DNA of 64,000 bases from an uncultured Nitrospiraceae bacterium (GCA_963705105.1 CAVPIW010000009.1:128001-192000), one strand, 5' to 3'. Positions 39,758 to 50,103 are shown, numbered from the stretch's first letter. Numbers and translations are program-made. Notes: generated by a model not told the origin, from the sequence alone.

Positions 39758-39987
39758 TCATCACCCCAGGCCTGCTCAGCCTCCCAGAGGGAAAACTCAT
39801 CGTCGGTTGTCGGGTATCGTTCATACCCGCGGCGATGCTTGCGCTCAAGCTGCTCAAGGCTATAACGGGCGAGCGCGTCGCGAAGCGCCTTTCTTGTGAA
39901 AGCAGAGCGGCTTGTGCGGAGTTCCTTTGAAACCCGGTCGACCGCCTTAACAAGATCATCATCAAGGGTCATCTGAACGGTCTTCAT
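39754..39987 (-). CDS. Ribbon-helix-helix (CopG-like) antitoxin
   Basis: MKTVQMTLDDDLVKAVD..SRSAFTRKAL; coupled to the toxin. Confidence 0.88.
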   Translation of the reverse strand: MKTVQMTLDDDLVKAVDRVSKELRTSRSAFTRKALRDALARYSLEQLERKHRRGYERYPTTDDEFSLWEAEQAWGDE

Positions 39988-39996
39988 ATCGCACCT

Positions 39997-40036
39997 CGCA
40001 ATGTGGCTTCTTATAGCTATAATATTCCACATTGCG
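39997..40036. promoter_or_regulatory. Probable operator of the RHH-MazF operon
   Basis: CGCAATGTGG / CCACATTGCG 10-bp inverted repeat upstream of the antitoxin. Confidence 0.55.
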
Positions 40037-40122
40037 GGGCCTGTCAAATAGTTTTGACAGCAGGAGGGTCAGGAAACACGGACGGACGGGCAGACTGAAA
40101 CGATTCTTCGCTTTCATCGGAA

Positions 40123-40314
40123 TTACAAAATCTCCTTTACGCGTCCTACCTCGCCGCTTTCAAGGCGGACCTTGATCCCGTGCGGGTGGGCCGGTGAATT
40201 CGTCAGAATGTCTCTTACGATCCCCTCCGTCAGTTTCCCTGTCCGCTGATCCTTTTTCATGACGACCGAAACACGAAGTCCCGGTCTTATGTCGCACCTT
40301 TTCGTTCCATCCAT
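40123..40314 (-). CDS. YwbE/DUF2196 family protein
   Basis: KKDQRTGKLTEG.V.DILT.S..HPHGIKVRL..G.VGRV. Confidence 0.9.
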   Translation of the reverse strand: MDGTKRCDIRPGLRVSVVMKKDQRTGKLTEGIVRDILTNSPAHPHGIKVRLESGEVGRVKEIL

Positions 40315-40448
40315 ACAATAGTCTCCTGCCGTGAGAAGTCCTTCTGATTATACACCGATAGGAAAAATAGCAGCAGCAAAAAAGGGGCAGCGTCCAATAA
40401 AAAAATCCGGCGCCAATCAAACGTGGGGTGTCCCTTTTTTGGGTACTC

Positions 40449-41633
40449 CTACCCCGTGTCGGGATCGGGCAGATATCTGAGAGAATGGAGGATCTGTGCG
40501 ACACTTAATGCCGTCAGAATCCCCAGGATCGCAATCCCGCTGAGAACGGCGCCAAGGGCGCCGACTGCGACGGCAAGGAAAGCCAGGGCGTAGTGCGGAA
40601 GGGCGAAACGCAATGCCTCACGAGGCGGCTTGCCCGGGTATGAGGAGAGAAAGATCGTATTCAGCGAAAACATGCAAACCCCGGCAGAGGCGCAGACAAT
40701 CCATGCCTCCTGGGCAGGCATCATCTCACGAGGCGCCAGCAGCATCAATTTCTTGATACCGACAGCCACGGAGGCGATGCCCATGGTCAGCGGCAAGTGT
40801 GAGTAAAGCCATTGCTGATACGCCCTGACATGATTTCTCGAGGTGAGTTGTCTCGTTCCGGCGCCCCTGACTCCCTCAAAGTATCCCCACCAAAGGGTGA
40901 AGGCGATAATCAATCCCATGACCCCGGAAGCGCCGACGACCAGCGTCAACCGGTCCGCTCCGATGCCCATGACGACGCCGACCACGGCTTCCCCGATGAC
41001 GATGATGGTAAAGAGACCGAAACGCTCGGGGAGGTGCATAAGATGGGGAGGGAACCTGGCATGGAGTTGTCCGGCTGTAACAGGGGCCAGGAAATCGACG
41101 GCCATCGCCAGATACCACATAAGGAAGCGGTGCGGCGCCGGTATCAGAACCGATGCCGCCCACAGGGTGGCTGCGCCCCCGAAGCCGATCATGTACCGGT
41201 TGATGAGGGGGCGGACATGGGGTATGTGCCTTCCGGCCCGAAAGTATTCGGCCACCAATATGTAGCGCACCGCTGCATAGGACAGGGCGAAGCCTGCCGA
41301 GCTTTTGCCGAGGGCATCGGGCAGGTGCACAATGAGCGACGCGACGGCCACGATCTGCAGCATGGTGATAAGCCTGTGCACGAGGTCGTCGGAATCGAAA
41401 CGGGTCAGATAGAAGGTGTGGCCGACCCATGCCCACCAGACCGGTACGAAGAGAATGGAGAAATGCAGCAGTCCCGTCGGTGAGTAGTCTCTGTGCAGAT
41501 TCCCGGCGAGCTGTGAGACGGCCGCGACAAAGACAAGGTCATAGAAGAGCTCCAGCCATGTCGCGTGGCGTTCACTTGCCTCGCCGGCTGCGGTCCTCAG
41601 CCTCGGCGGTCTGATGAGTCCCTTCCTCAGCAT
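40449..41633 (-). CDS. Low temperature requirement protein A (LtrA) family
   Basis: ATWLELFYDLVFV, WWAW, HLPERFGLFTIIVIGE, WW.YF, YSHLP. Confidence 0.92.
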   Translation of the reverse strand: MLRKGLIRPPRLRTAAGEASERHATWLELFYDLVFVAAVSQLAGNLHRDYSPTGLLHFSILFVPVWWAWVGHTFYLTRFDSDDLVHRLITMLQIVAVASLIVHLPDALGKSSAGFALSYAAVRYILVAEYFRAGRHIPHVRPLINRYMIGFGGAATLWAASVLIPAPHRFLMWYLAMAVDFLAPVTAGQLHARFPPHLMHLPERFGLFTIIVIGEAVVGVVMGIGADRLTLVVGASGVMGLIIAFTLWWGYFEGVRGAGTRQLTSRNHVRAYQQWLYSHLPLTMGIASVAVGIKKLMLLAPREMMPAQEAWIVCASAGVCMFSLNTIFLSSYPGKPPREALRFALPHYALAFLAVAVGALGAVLSGIAILGILTALSVAQILHSLRYLPDPDTG

Positions 41634-41665
41634 GTCAGTTTATTGTATGTTCTCTTTGTTCTCTG

Positions 41666-42535
41666 TCATTTCGGTGATTTGACGACGCCGAACGGGTCAG
41701 GCACGACCTTCTGGTTGGCGTTGCTCCAGAAGTTATCCATCGTCAACCCGTATTCCGGCAGGTGGTCGTGAAAAATAGCCCCCGCAGCTTCAGCGGTAGG
41801 CCGCTTCCAGTCATACTGCAATTCCGCCAGAAGGGAAAAAACGCTCACCAATTCGGCTCCTGCGCGAGCCATCCTGCTCATGGCGGCTTCTGCTTCGTAC
41901 CTGCTCCAGGCGCCCGTGGCATCCACGACGGGGAACACCTTATAGCCGTCCTGAAGGAGGGATAGAGTGGGGAATGCGGTGCAGGTGCCGATGGTGACAC
42001 CGGCGATGATGATATGATCGCGACCTGTCTTCGTGACCAGCTCCTGCAGGGTCTTCCGGACCGTCGGGTCCTCGTATGCGTTGATGATCCCCGTGCGGCG
42101 GTAAATCGGCTCGTTGGGAAAGAGTGCTTTCAGCTCGGGGAGCAGGTCACCGTTTTGCCACTGAGCGTTGCTGGTCGTCAGGAGAACCGGGATGGCGAAG
42201 GTTTTCGCGAACCTGCCGAGGGCCACCACGTTGTTCTTGTACTCCGCGAGGGAGGTATAGTCCCGTGCGCCTGACATGAGACCGACCTGGTGGTCGATGA
42301 GGAAAAGAATCGAATTCTTCGGCGTTGGACGATCGTAAACGTAGCGGCCGAGTTTGTGTGCTTCGGCAGCAGCCGTCACCGGTGGAACCGGCTCCGTCGT
42401 CGTCGGGCTGACAATATCCGCGGGCCGCTGTTGAGCCTGTGTTTGCTGGCCAATCGCCGTCCCGTTGAATGGGGCCAGCAACATACAGCTTAGAAAAATG
42501 ACAATAAGTGATGCCATCGATGCAAAGCGTTTCAT
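41666..42535 (-). CDS. Isochorismatase-family (YcaC-like) hydrolase with signal peptide
   Basis: LIDHQVGL, RRTG.INAY, AGV...C..FP.LS, VVDA.G, AELQ.DW; RBS aggagg. Confidence 0.85.
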   Translation of the reverse strand: MKRFASMASLIVIFLSCMLLAPFNGTAIGQQTQAQQRPADIVSPTTTEPVPPVTAAAEAHKLGRYVYDRPTPKNSILFLIDHQVGLMSGARDYTSLAEYKNNVVALGRFAKTFAIPVLLTTSNAQWQNGDLLPELKALFPNEPIYRRTGIINAYEDPTVRKTLQELVTKTGRDHIIIAGVTIGTCTAFPTLSLLQDGYKVFPVVDATGAWSRYEAEAAMSRMARAGAELVSVFSLLAELQYDWKRPTAEAAGAIFHDHLPEYGLTMDNFWSNANQKVVPDPFGVVKSPK

Positions 42536-42670
42536 GGTCTTCCTCCTTCGTGATGTCTCCCAAAGCCGGAGGGGCTCACCCTCCCTTTCCGGCCATAGGG
42601 AATGCTGTTTTCTGCCTGTTTCAATACCCACGGTATGGTTTTATCCATGCCGTATCCCCCCTCTGATCTT

Positions 42671-43471
42671 TCAGTGAAAAGCATAGGCATCCATGGCAAG
42701 AACGCCGTAGGCATAACTCCTGTGCAGCGTGGCGGAACCCCCGCCGTTTCCTGCGCCCATGGCGACAAAGAGGGGCATGAAGTGCTCCGGAGTCGGATGA
42801 TTCCTGGCAGCGTGAGGGAGGAGTTCCCGCCACCGCACAAGATCCCCGGCACGGCCGGCGGCAAGCCATCTCTCCACCCTGTCCGCAAAGGCTGAAACAT
42901 ACGGCGGAGACTCGCTGTCTATCGGATACATCCCGAACTCACCAAGGTTATGCGTGAGCCCGCCCGATGCGAAAATGAGCACGCCGCGCTCCGTCAACGG
43001 TCTGAGGGCCTTCCCGATTTCCAGGTGCCGTTGTGGATCCATGTGGGCGTTGATGGTCATCGAAACAATGGGGACATCGGCATCCGGGTACATCAGACTC
43101 AGAGGGATCCACATCCCATGGTCAATGCCCTTTTGAGAAGATCTCTCCACGTCGATGTGCGCGTCCTCAAGCAATTCTATCACCGTCTCGGCGACGGAGG
43201 CTGAGCCGGGAGGTTCGTAACGGATGTCATAGAGCTGTGACGGGAAGCCCCAGAAATCGTAGACCTGATGGAGTTTCTCCGCGCTGCTGACGACAACCCC
43301 GTCCGAAACGGAGTGTGCCGAGAACGCAATGATCGCTTCAGGCCTCCCGAGGCTCTTTCCGGCCTGTGTCAGAAAGGTTCGAACGGGCAGGTCCTCGATG
43401 AGGAGTGTCGGTGCGCCGTGAGAGACGAATATGCTTGACACCGGTTTCATGGCTTGTATCCTCCTCTTCAT
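42671..43471 (-). CDS. Class III extradiol dioxygenase (DODA/YgiD-like)
   Basis: FVSHGAP, SAH, YDFWGFP, DHG.W.PL..MYPDAD.P, SGGLTHNL, HPTPEHF.PL. Confidence 0.92.
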   Translation of the reverse strand: MKRRIQAMKPVSSIFVSHGAPTLLIEDLPVRTFLTQAGKSLGRPEAIIAFSAHSVSDGVVVSSAEKLHQVYDFWGFPSQLYDIRYEPPGSASVAETVIELLEDAHIDVERSSQKGIDHGMWIPLSLMYPDADVPIVSMTINAHMDPQRHLEIGKALRPLTERGVLIFASGGLTHNLGEFGMYPIDSESPPYVSAFADRVERWLAAGRAGDLVRWRELLPHAARNHPTPEHFMPLFVAMGAGNGGGSATLHRSYAYGVLAMDAYAFH

Positions 43472-43581
43472 TCCGAAGTCTGCGGTCGGTCACGGCATCA
43501 GCCGATACGACCTTCTTCCTTTCTACTATAACCCCCGGAGTGAGCGAAGCGGTAACAACTATGCGCAAAAAACTGGTACTT

Positions 43582-44397
43582 TCAGGCCCGAAAGGCCTCT
43601 CTCTTGAAGGCGCTCGGCGTGAGGCCCGTGAATCTCCTGAATACCCTGGTGAAATAGGAATGCTCCTCATACCCGAGATCAAAGGCGATTTCCTTGATGT
43701 TCATATCGGAATAGAGAATCAGCCGCTTTGCCTCGAGAATGCGGCGCTCTTCAATCGCCTCAGCGGCAGTCTTGCCGAGAAAAGCCTTGACGATCTGATT
43801 CAGCTTGCGCAGCGAAATCCCCAACTCGCGGGCATAGAATCCGGTGGAATGATTGTCCCGGTAATGCTCTTCGACGGCGGCGTTCAACTGTTCCCATAAT
43901 TTCCACTTGCCGGTAACGGCGGGATGCCGCTTTTCGAGGGCGGCATAGGTGAGTTCCTCGATCTTTGCTGCGAGTGCCTGCACGATAAACCTGATGGTTG
44001 TTCTGTGATGCTGGTTGAAGTTCACGTATTCCTTTGCTATGAGAGAGAAGAGACATTCAATAAACGGTATCTCCCCTTCAGGCGCCGTGACGCGTGAAGG
44101 CCCGAAAAACTGACTGAACAGAATAGAAGACTCGGCCGGCAGGAAACTGTCATGAAAGCGGGCGACGCAACACTGCACTTCTTCAGACGGGTCGAATCGG
44201 TGCATCCGACCCTTTGGGACGATGAGTAACGTGTTCGCCCGGATTTCTACCCTGTCGTCATCCAGAAGGTGATGCGCCGTCCCTTTTCTCACCCATATGA
44301 TCTCCTGGTATTCGTGGCGGTGCGGCGGATTGGCGCCTGCCAGGATGCCTGCAATGCCTTCCCGGTCAAGGAACAAATACTGAAAATCACCCTCCAT
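43582..44397 (-). CDS. AraC-family transcriptional regulator
   Basis: Cupin HRHEYQE; C-terminal HTH IKEIAFDLGY...YFTRVFRR.TGLTPSAF. Confidence 0.92.
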   Translation of the reverse strand: MEGDFQYLFLDREGIAGILAGANPPHRHEYQEIIWVRKGTAHHLLDDDRVEIRANTLLIVPKGRMHRFDPSEEVQCCVARFHDSFLPAESSILFSQFFGPSRVTAPEGEIPFIECLFSLIAKEYVNFNQHHRTTIRFIVQALAAKIEELTYAALEKRHPAVTGKWKLWEQLNAAVEEHYRDNHSTGFYARELGISLRKLNQIVKAFLGKTAAEAIEERRILEAKRLILYSDMNIKEIAFDLGYEEHSYFTRVFRRFTGLTPSAFKREAFRA

Positions 44398-44521
44398 TTG
44401 CTCGCGGTCCGGCGGTGCTTCCGAGAGCGCGGGGGGGTGCCTTCTGGACCTTCTTAGTTCTCCCGGTCATTATTTCAATAATATCATAATGCTATAGGGA
44501 CACATCGATGCGTCCCTATTT

Positions 44522-44710
44522 TTATGCGTACTGCCCGGCGACGTATCCGGAGGACCAGGCCCACTGGAGGTTGAACCCGCCCAACGGGCCGTCACGTCCG
44601 CGACCTCTCCGACGAAGAAGAGACGGGGACCTTCTTCGCCTCCATGGTCTTGAAAGCTCGTCCGTGTCGATCCCACCGATTTTGACCTCAGCCTTCTGAT
44701 ACCCCTCCGT
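44522..44710 (-). pseudogene. 3' relic of a HI0933/YhiN-family flavoprotein
   Basis: TEGYQKAEVKIGGIDTDEL / KTMEAKKVP / LFFVGEVADVT / LGGFNLQWAWSSGYVAGQYA* across frameshifts. Confidence 0.85.
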
Positions 44711-44719
44711 TCCGCGGGG

Positions 44720-44897
44720 AAAGGCGGGGCGAAGCGCTCTGAAAAACAGTGTCAGAGTGAGTGTCGGTAAAAAGGCTCACTTTCTCGACTATCGGCCTGA
44801 AACGCAGTCTTTGTCCCGCCACAGGTGTCGCCGCAGCAAGGTTTTCGGCGCATTCACCCCAGCCCTGCCTTTCCGGAATGCGTATGCAGCGATAAGG
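44720..44897 (+). repeat. MITE-like repeat, subfamily A
   Basis: Highly similar to 62382-62574. Confidence 0.88.
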
Positions 44898-44902
44898 TTT
44901 GA

Positions 44903-45412
44903 TCAGTTCAAGCGGTCCGAAATCCGATTGATGCCCACCTGGGCGCACTCGTCGTCGATATCCGCCCCCGGTGCGCCTCCCACGCCGATGCCGCCGATCA
45001 CCTCGGTGCCTGAGCGAATGGGGAGCCCCCCGCCAAGGATGAGCACGTCGGCAAAGTCGCGGAGACCCTCGACTGTGGGGTCAGCGGCAATACGCTGGGA
45101 AAGCAGGAGCGTGCTTGACCGGAATGTGACGGCCGTCAGGGCCTTTCTCCTGCTCCCGTCAGGAGTACCAGGTCCCGCGCCGTCGTCCCTGATGAGGACC
45201 TTCGTGATGCCTGACCTGTCGACAACGGCCACGGAAACGCTGAACCCCCTTGCGATACAATCCTGCATTGCCGCCACGGCCGCCTCGGCGGCGAGAGCGA
45301 GTGAAATCTGCTTTTCGTTCAGCACCTGCGCCCCCGCAGGAGAGACCGACATGAGGATGAGGACTGTAAGCAGGCAGACAGGAACGGCAAGACTTTTCAG
45401 GAATCTTTTCAT
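44903..45412 (-). CDS. GlcG/HbpS-family heme-binding protein, secreted
   Basis: Signal peptide, VSVAVVDRSG, RKALTA, GGLPI...VIGGIGVGGA..D..CA. Confidence 0.9.
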   Translation of the reverse strand: MKRFLKSLAVPVCLLTVLILMSVSPAGAQVLNEKQISLALAAEAAVAAMQDCIARGFSVSVAVVDRSGITKVLIRDDGAGPGTPDGSRRKALTAVTFRSSTLLLSQRIAADPTVEGLRDFADVLILGGGLPIRSGTEVIGGIGVGGAPGADIDDECAQVGINRISDRLN

Positions 45413-45724
45413 CGTAAACCTCCCCCAAAATCTATATTGCGAGCCGTTAACAACGGCTTCTCTCATTATAGCCTTCCCCGGACGGAGCCGCAAGAGACAC
45501 GTCCGGCATCTGCCGGTCTTTGCGGAAAGATGACCAACACCGGCGTGACATGCGTAACATCTCGACCTGCATGGAACATTTGAATCAATTGTGTATCACA
45601 TATCATTCAGGAGTGCGATGGTCGAGAGTGCAAAATGCAATAATATCAAGTGGTTGAAAATGTGGTATGTATCTTGATAAGATATCACAAACGTTTTTCG
45701 AAGGGGAATCACAGAGTGCCTCCG

Positions 45725-46033
45725 GTGAAACATGTAACGGCGTGGCTGGCTTGCATCATGATCCTGTTTTCGGGCTTGCCGCTTCATATTGCCGTCCAGC
45801 CCGACGGCGACGGAACAGCGACGCGCATCTTGACTCTCGACGTCTGCCGCGCGTCCGGCTCGGTTTTTCATGAAAGCCCGGATATCACCTGTCTCAATGA
45901 GATACAGATCGATCTGACGGCATTCATCAGCGAATTCCCTTTGAATGAAGCGTTAAATACAGTCTGTATCCCTCTCCATGCCCGCCGTATAGAGCATCCA
46001 CCCCGTTTTCTGACCTCATTCCTCCAGGCATGA
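45725..46033 (+). CDS. Small hypothetical protein (DUF2946-like)
   Basis: Hydrophobic N-terminus, TLDVC, C-terminal IEHPPR; upstream of the cytochrome gene. Confidence 0.5.
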   Translation: MKHVTAWLACIMILFSGLPLHIAVQPDGDGTATRILTLDVCRASGSVFHESPDITCLNEIQIDLTAFISEFPLNEALNTVCIPLHARRIEHPPRFLTSFLQA

Positions 46034-46124
46034 CTTGAGTCATCAGGACTTTGAGGGCCTTGCCCCAATTGTCCGCGATACCGCTGCGTATCGATTTCAG
46101 AAAAGCCGTTTTTCATGGAGGATT

Positions 46125-47213
46125 ATGATGAAGAAAATGTGGTGTATCGTTCTTGCAGCCGTCGCCGCCCTTGTGCTGGCTGCTGCGGTCGATTCGGAGG
46201 CTCTCACGTCAAAAGAACTGTTAGGCCGGTTTCTGTATTTCGATGAAAATCTTTCGAACCCCGCCGGACAATCCTGCGCATCCTGTCATCATCCGAGGGC
46301 CGGCTGGGCCGATCCCGACAAGTCCCTGCCCGTGTCAGAGGGCGTGATACCAGGCCGATTCGGGACCCGGAATGCCCCGACGGCGTCCTATGCGGCCTTC
46401 AGTCCCGGTTTCGGTTTCGATGCGGTAGAAGGATTGTGGGTCGGCGGCCAGTTCTGGGACGGAAGGGCGAAGGATCTCGTGGAGCAGGCGAAGGGACCGT
46501 TCCTGAATCCCGTGGAGATGAACAACACAAAGGATGGCGTCGTCAATGCCGTTCGCGTTTCTCATTACGCGTGGCTCTTCAAGCAGGTGTACGGCCGCAA
46601 TGCATTGAAGGATGTCACGACGGCCTATGACTTCATCGCCGATGCCATCGCCGCCTTTGAGAAGACCGATCAGCTCAACAGGTTTACATCCAAATTCGAC
46701 TACTTTGTCAAGGGCAAGGTGCAGCTAACGGCCCAGGAGCTGAACGGCCTCAACCTGTTCAACGATCCTGCCAAAGGAAATTGCGCCGCCTGTCATCCCA
46801 GCACATCAGCAGACGGCATCACCCCGGCGCTCTTTACAGACTTCACCTATGACAACCTGGGCATACCGCACAATGACGAGATCGACCAGCTCGTGGGATC
46901 TGTCGTCCCACCCGATCTCGGGCTCGGCGTCACAGTCAACGACCCAGCAGAGAACGGCAAGTTCAAGGTCTCGACCCTGAGAAATCTGGCAAAGACGGCT
47001 TCCTATGGACACAACGGGTATTTCAAGACGTTGAAGGAGATCGTCCATTTCTACAATACGAGGGACGTCGCTGCGTGGCCCCCCGCTGAATACCCCGATA
47101 CGGTCAACAACACCGAGTTGGGCAACCTCGGGCTGACCCCGGCGGAAGAGGACGCGATCGTGGCTTTTCTCATGACACTGACGGACGGGTATTTCTGTAC
47201 GACCTGCCGGTAG
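46125..47213 (+). CDS. Diheme cytochrome c peroxidase/MauG family
   Basis: LG..LYFD.NLS, CASCH, RNAPT, QFWDGRA, NPVEM, CAACH, GKFKV.TLRN, YGHNG. Confidence 0.92.
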   Translation: MMKKMWCIVLAAVAALVLAAAVDSEALTSKELLGRFLYFDENLSNPAGQSCASCHHPRAGWADPDKSLPVSEGVIPGRFGTRNAPTASYAAFSPGFGFDAVEGLWVGGQFWDGRAKDLVEQAKGPFLNPVEMNNTKDGVVNAVRVSHYAWLFKQVYGRNALKDVTTAYDFIADAIAAFEKTDQLNRFTSKFDYFVKGKVQLTAQELNGLNLFNDPAKGNCAACHPSTSADGITPALFTDFTYDNLGIPHNDEIDQLVGSVVPPDLGLGVTVNDPAENGKFKVSTLRNLAKTASYGHNGYFKTLKEIVHFYNTRDVAAWPPAEYPDTVNNTELGNLGLTPAEEDAIVAFLMTLTDGYFCTTCR

Positions 47214-47258
47214 AGTGACAACGGACGGGGCATGTCTCTCCGGGCATGCCCCGTGTTC

Positions 47259-47693
47259 TCAAAAATATTGCAGTCCTGACTCGAATGCCTCCTTCGTGAT
47301 CGTGAACGTCCCGTTTTGCCTGCTGCCCTTCAGACGGATCGGGTAACAGCCGCCCAATCCCGTCTTCAGGTCCTCGATGGGGTAACTCACATTGCAGTAT
47401 TTGCACACCATGCGCCCGTTTTCGTAACGAAAGCCGAGTCTTTTCCTGTAGCACTGCTTGCAGGCGTCGAAATAGGACCGGACGTCATCGCCGATTCTGA
47501 TCAGGAAGAAATCGACCCTCGTGTTTTCGATCGTCACGGAATAAAAGGCGGGATCCCTTTCGGGAAGTCCGCTCACATCGATCGTCGCTCTCGATCCATC
47601 ATATGGCGCCGGCGTGTAGCCCTTCCTGTTGCTGCAGGACAAGGTCAGGAAGGGGATCATAAGGACAAGAAAAATGCGAACGGTGAGATTCAT
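47259..47693 (-). CDS. DUF2318 Fe-S-containing lipoprotein
   Basis: Lipobox TLSC; FDACKQC, CKYC, GGCYPI. Confidence 0.82.
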   Translation of the reverse strand: MNLTVRIFLVLMIPFLTLSCSNRKGYTPAPYDGSRATIDVSGLPERDPAFYSVTIENTRVDFFLIRIGDDVRSYFDACKQCYRKRLGFRYENGRMVCKYCNVSYPIEDLKTGLGGCYPIRLKGSRQNGTFTITKEAFESGLQYF

Positions 47694-47771
47694 GACTCAT
47701 TGTAAATCACTTGTTCGCCCCCTAGCAACGGGCGGGACGCATCAACGTCGTCGTCGCCACCGCAGGATTCA

Positions 47772-47949
47772 CCGTATCGCTGCAATAGGACACCCGGAAA
47801 GGCGGGGCGTATGCGTCGAAAACCTTGCTGCGGCGGCACCCTTGCCTTGCCATGAAGATAATTTCGAGCCGACGGCTGAAAAAATTGCTGACACTCACAC
47901 TGACACTGACACTGTTTTTCAGAGCGCTTTGCCCCGCCTTTAAAGCAAC
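47772..47949 (-). repeat. MITE-like repeat, subfamily A (inverted)
   Basis: Reverse-complement match to 44720 and 62382 copies. Confidence 0.85.
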
Positions 47950-47971
47950 CGAAAGGTAACGCCTTTGAAGT

Positions 47972-49693
47972 TTACATCTTCGCGGGCGCTTTGACGCCGA
48001 GGATGGCCAGTCCGTGGCGGAGGACAATGCCGATGGCGGAACAGAGGGCGAGGCGCGCTTTCGTCAACTCCCCGTCGTCGGTGATGACCCTGTGTTTGTG
48101 GTAATAGGGATGGAACATGCCCGCCAGTTCCTGCAGGTAGAAGGTAATCTTGTGCGGCTCGTGAGACAGGGCGGCGTTTTTAAAGACAAGGGGGTAAAGG
48201 AGGAGCTTCTTGACGATCCGCATTTCCTCGTCGTTGAACAGTTCTCCGTTGAAATCAGTTCCCGCTGATTGGCGACCGCCGGTTGCCGGCTGTCCTTCCG
48301 TCTCCCGGCTTTTTTCAAAGATGCTGTTGATCCGCGCATGGGCATACTGGACGTAGAAGACGGGGTTCTCCTGGGACTGGGCCTTCGCGACATCGATATC
48401 GATATCGAGATGGCTGTCCGAGCGGCGCGTCAGGAAGAGAAACTTCGTCGTGTCAGCGCCGATCTCGTCCATCACCTCCCGCAAAGTGATGAACTCGCCG
48501 GCCCGCTTGGACATCTGGACGGGCTTGCCTCCCCTCAGGAGGGACACCATCTGGGCGAGAAGCACCCGGAGCTTTTCCCTGGGGTGGCCGAGGGCCTGGA
48601 TGACGGCCTGGACCCTCGGGATGTAGCCGTGATGGTCAGCCCCCCAGATATCGACGATCTCGTCGTAGCCCTGGTCCACCTTCCTGCGATGGTAGGCGAT
48701 ATCGGAGGCGAAATACGTGTACTCACCGTCCTGCTTGACGACGACCCGGTCCTTGTCGTCGCCGAAGGCCGTAGAGCGGAACCACGTGGCGCGTTCCTTT
48801 TCATACATATACCCGCTCACCGTGAGGTCCTCGATGGCCTGGCTCACTTCGCCCCTCTCGAACATCTCCCGCTCGCTCTGCCAGACGTCGAAGGTGACGC
48901 CGAAATCGTCGAGATCCTGCCTGATAGTATCGAGCATCCGCGTGTAGGAGAAGTCGATGACGAGGCCGGATATCTCTTCGAATCCCCTCTCGACGAGGGC
49001 GTTGCCGTGCGCCTGGATGAGTTCCCGCGCCAGGTCCTCGACGTAATCACCCCGATACCCGTCTTCAGGAAAGGGGTATTCGATGCCCAGGAGTTCGTTG
49101 TACCGGGCGAAGACGGATTGCCCGAGCAGGCGCACCTGTCGGCCTGCATCGTTGATATAGAATTCCTTCGTGACGTCATATCCGGCCTCTTTCAGCAGGT
49201 TCGACAGGGCGGACCCCAGGGCCGCACCCCTGCCGTGACCGAGGTGGAGCGGGCCCGTCGGATTGGCGCTGACGAACTCGACCTGAATTTTTCTGCCCTG
49301 GCCTATGTCCTCGAAGATGAAGGCATCCTGCTCGGAGAGGAGTCTTTTCAGTTCGCCGGAAAGGAAAGAACGTGTGAAGGCGACGTTGATAAATCCAGGC
49401 CCTGCAATCTCAACCTTTTCGAACATCCCGGCATTGTGCATCGCAGCGACGATGTCCGCGGCGATCTTCACAGGAGGCCTCCTGAGAGTCCTCGCAAGAC
49501 CCATGGCGAGAGGGGTCGACAGATCGCCGAAGCTCTCCTCCTTGGGGATCTCGATGCCCGCTTCCCAGGTCCCTTTTTCGACGCCTGCCTGCTCGAAGAC
49601 CCGCTCCAGCGCCTCCCGTAGAACCGCCCTGAATGCCCTTTCCATAACTAACAAGTTTACGGGTCCCCTTCTCCCGTTGTCAACCGACGACAA
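47972..49693 (-). CDS. argS: Arginine--tRNA ligase
   Basis: AGPGFIN, EFVSANPTGPLHLGHGRG, WGADHHGY, MSKRAG, NPVFYVQYAHAR. Confidence 0.97.
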   Translation of the reverse strand: MSSVDNGRRGPVNLLVMERAFRAVLREALERVFEQAGVEKGTWEAGIEIPKEESFGDLSTPLAMGLARTLRRPPVKIAADIVAAMHNAGMFEKVEIAGPGFINVAFTRSFLSGELKRLLSEQDAFIFEDIGQGRKIQVEFVSANPTGPLHLGHGRGAALGSALSNLLKEAGYDVTKEFYINDAGRQVRLLGQSVFARYNELLGIEYPFPEDGYRGDYVEDLARELIQAHGNALVERGFEEISGLVIDFSYTRMLDTIRQDLDDFGVTFDVWQSEREMFERGEVSQAIEDLTVSGYMYEKERATWFRSTAFGDDKDRVVVKQDGEYTYFASDIAYHRRKVDQGYDEIVDIWGADHHGYIPRVQAVIQALGHPREKLRVLLAQMVSLLRGGKPVQMSKRAGEFITLREVMDEIGADTTKFLFLTRRSDSHLDIDIDVAKAQSQENPVFYVQYAHARINSIFEKSRETEGQPATGGRQSAGTDFNGELFNDEEMRIVKKLLLYPLVFKNAALSHEPHKITFYLQELAGMFHPYYHKHRVITDDGELTKARLALCSAIGIVLRHGLAILGVKAPAKM

Positions 49694-50103
49694 TTTGCCC
49701 TATCCTTGCACCGGTCCGCGGAAAAGGGGGAGCGAAGAAGCCGCAGCACAGGTCATTAGTCATTGAGTCGTTATCAAGCCATCAGCCGGCAGTCGGAGCA
49801 AGGCCGGGAACAGCCGGGCGGGAAGGCTGATGTGGTGAAAAGCCTTTCCGCATCTTCTGATTTCGGGCGTTCTGAGAGCGGTTTCTGCGATACCTTTCCC
49901 TTTAAAGAGGGGGATGCAGGGGGGTGTCGTGAGGTTTACAATAAATTTACAATCATTGACTTCACTTTTACTGCATTTACGTTTAGAATTACTGTATCAC
50001 TGTTCCGGGTCCGGATAATACGGTTCATATAAAGGGTTTTCGAGATGGAAAGAGGCGGAGTACACACGTATGGATTTGTCACAATGCTCAGCAGGAGGTG
50101 AAT

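Noticed and set aside
35400..40050. Integron cassette array
   Set aside because: No intI, no convincing attC sites, and mixed gene orientations
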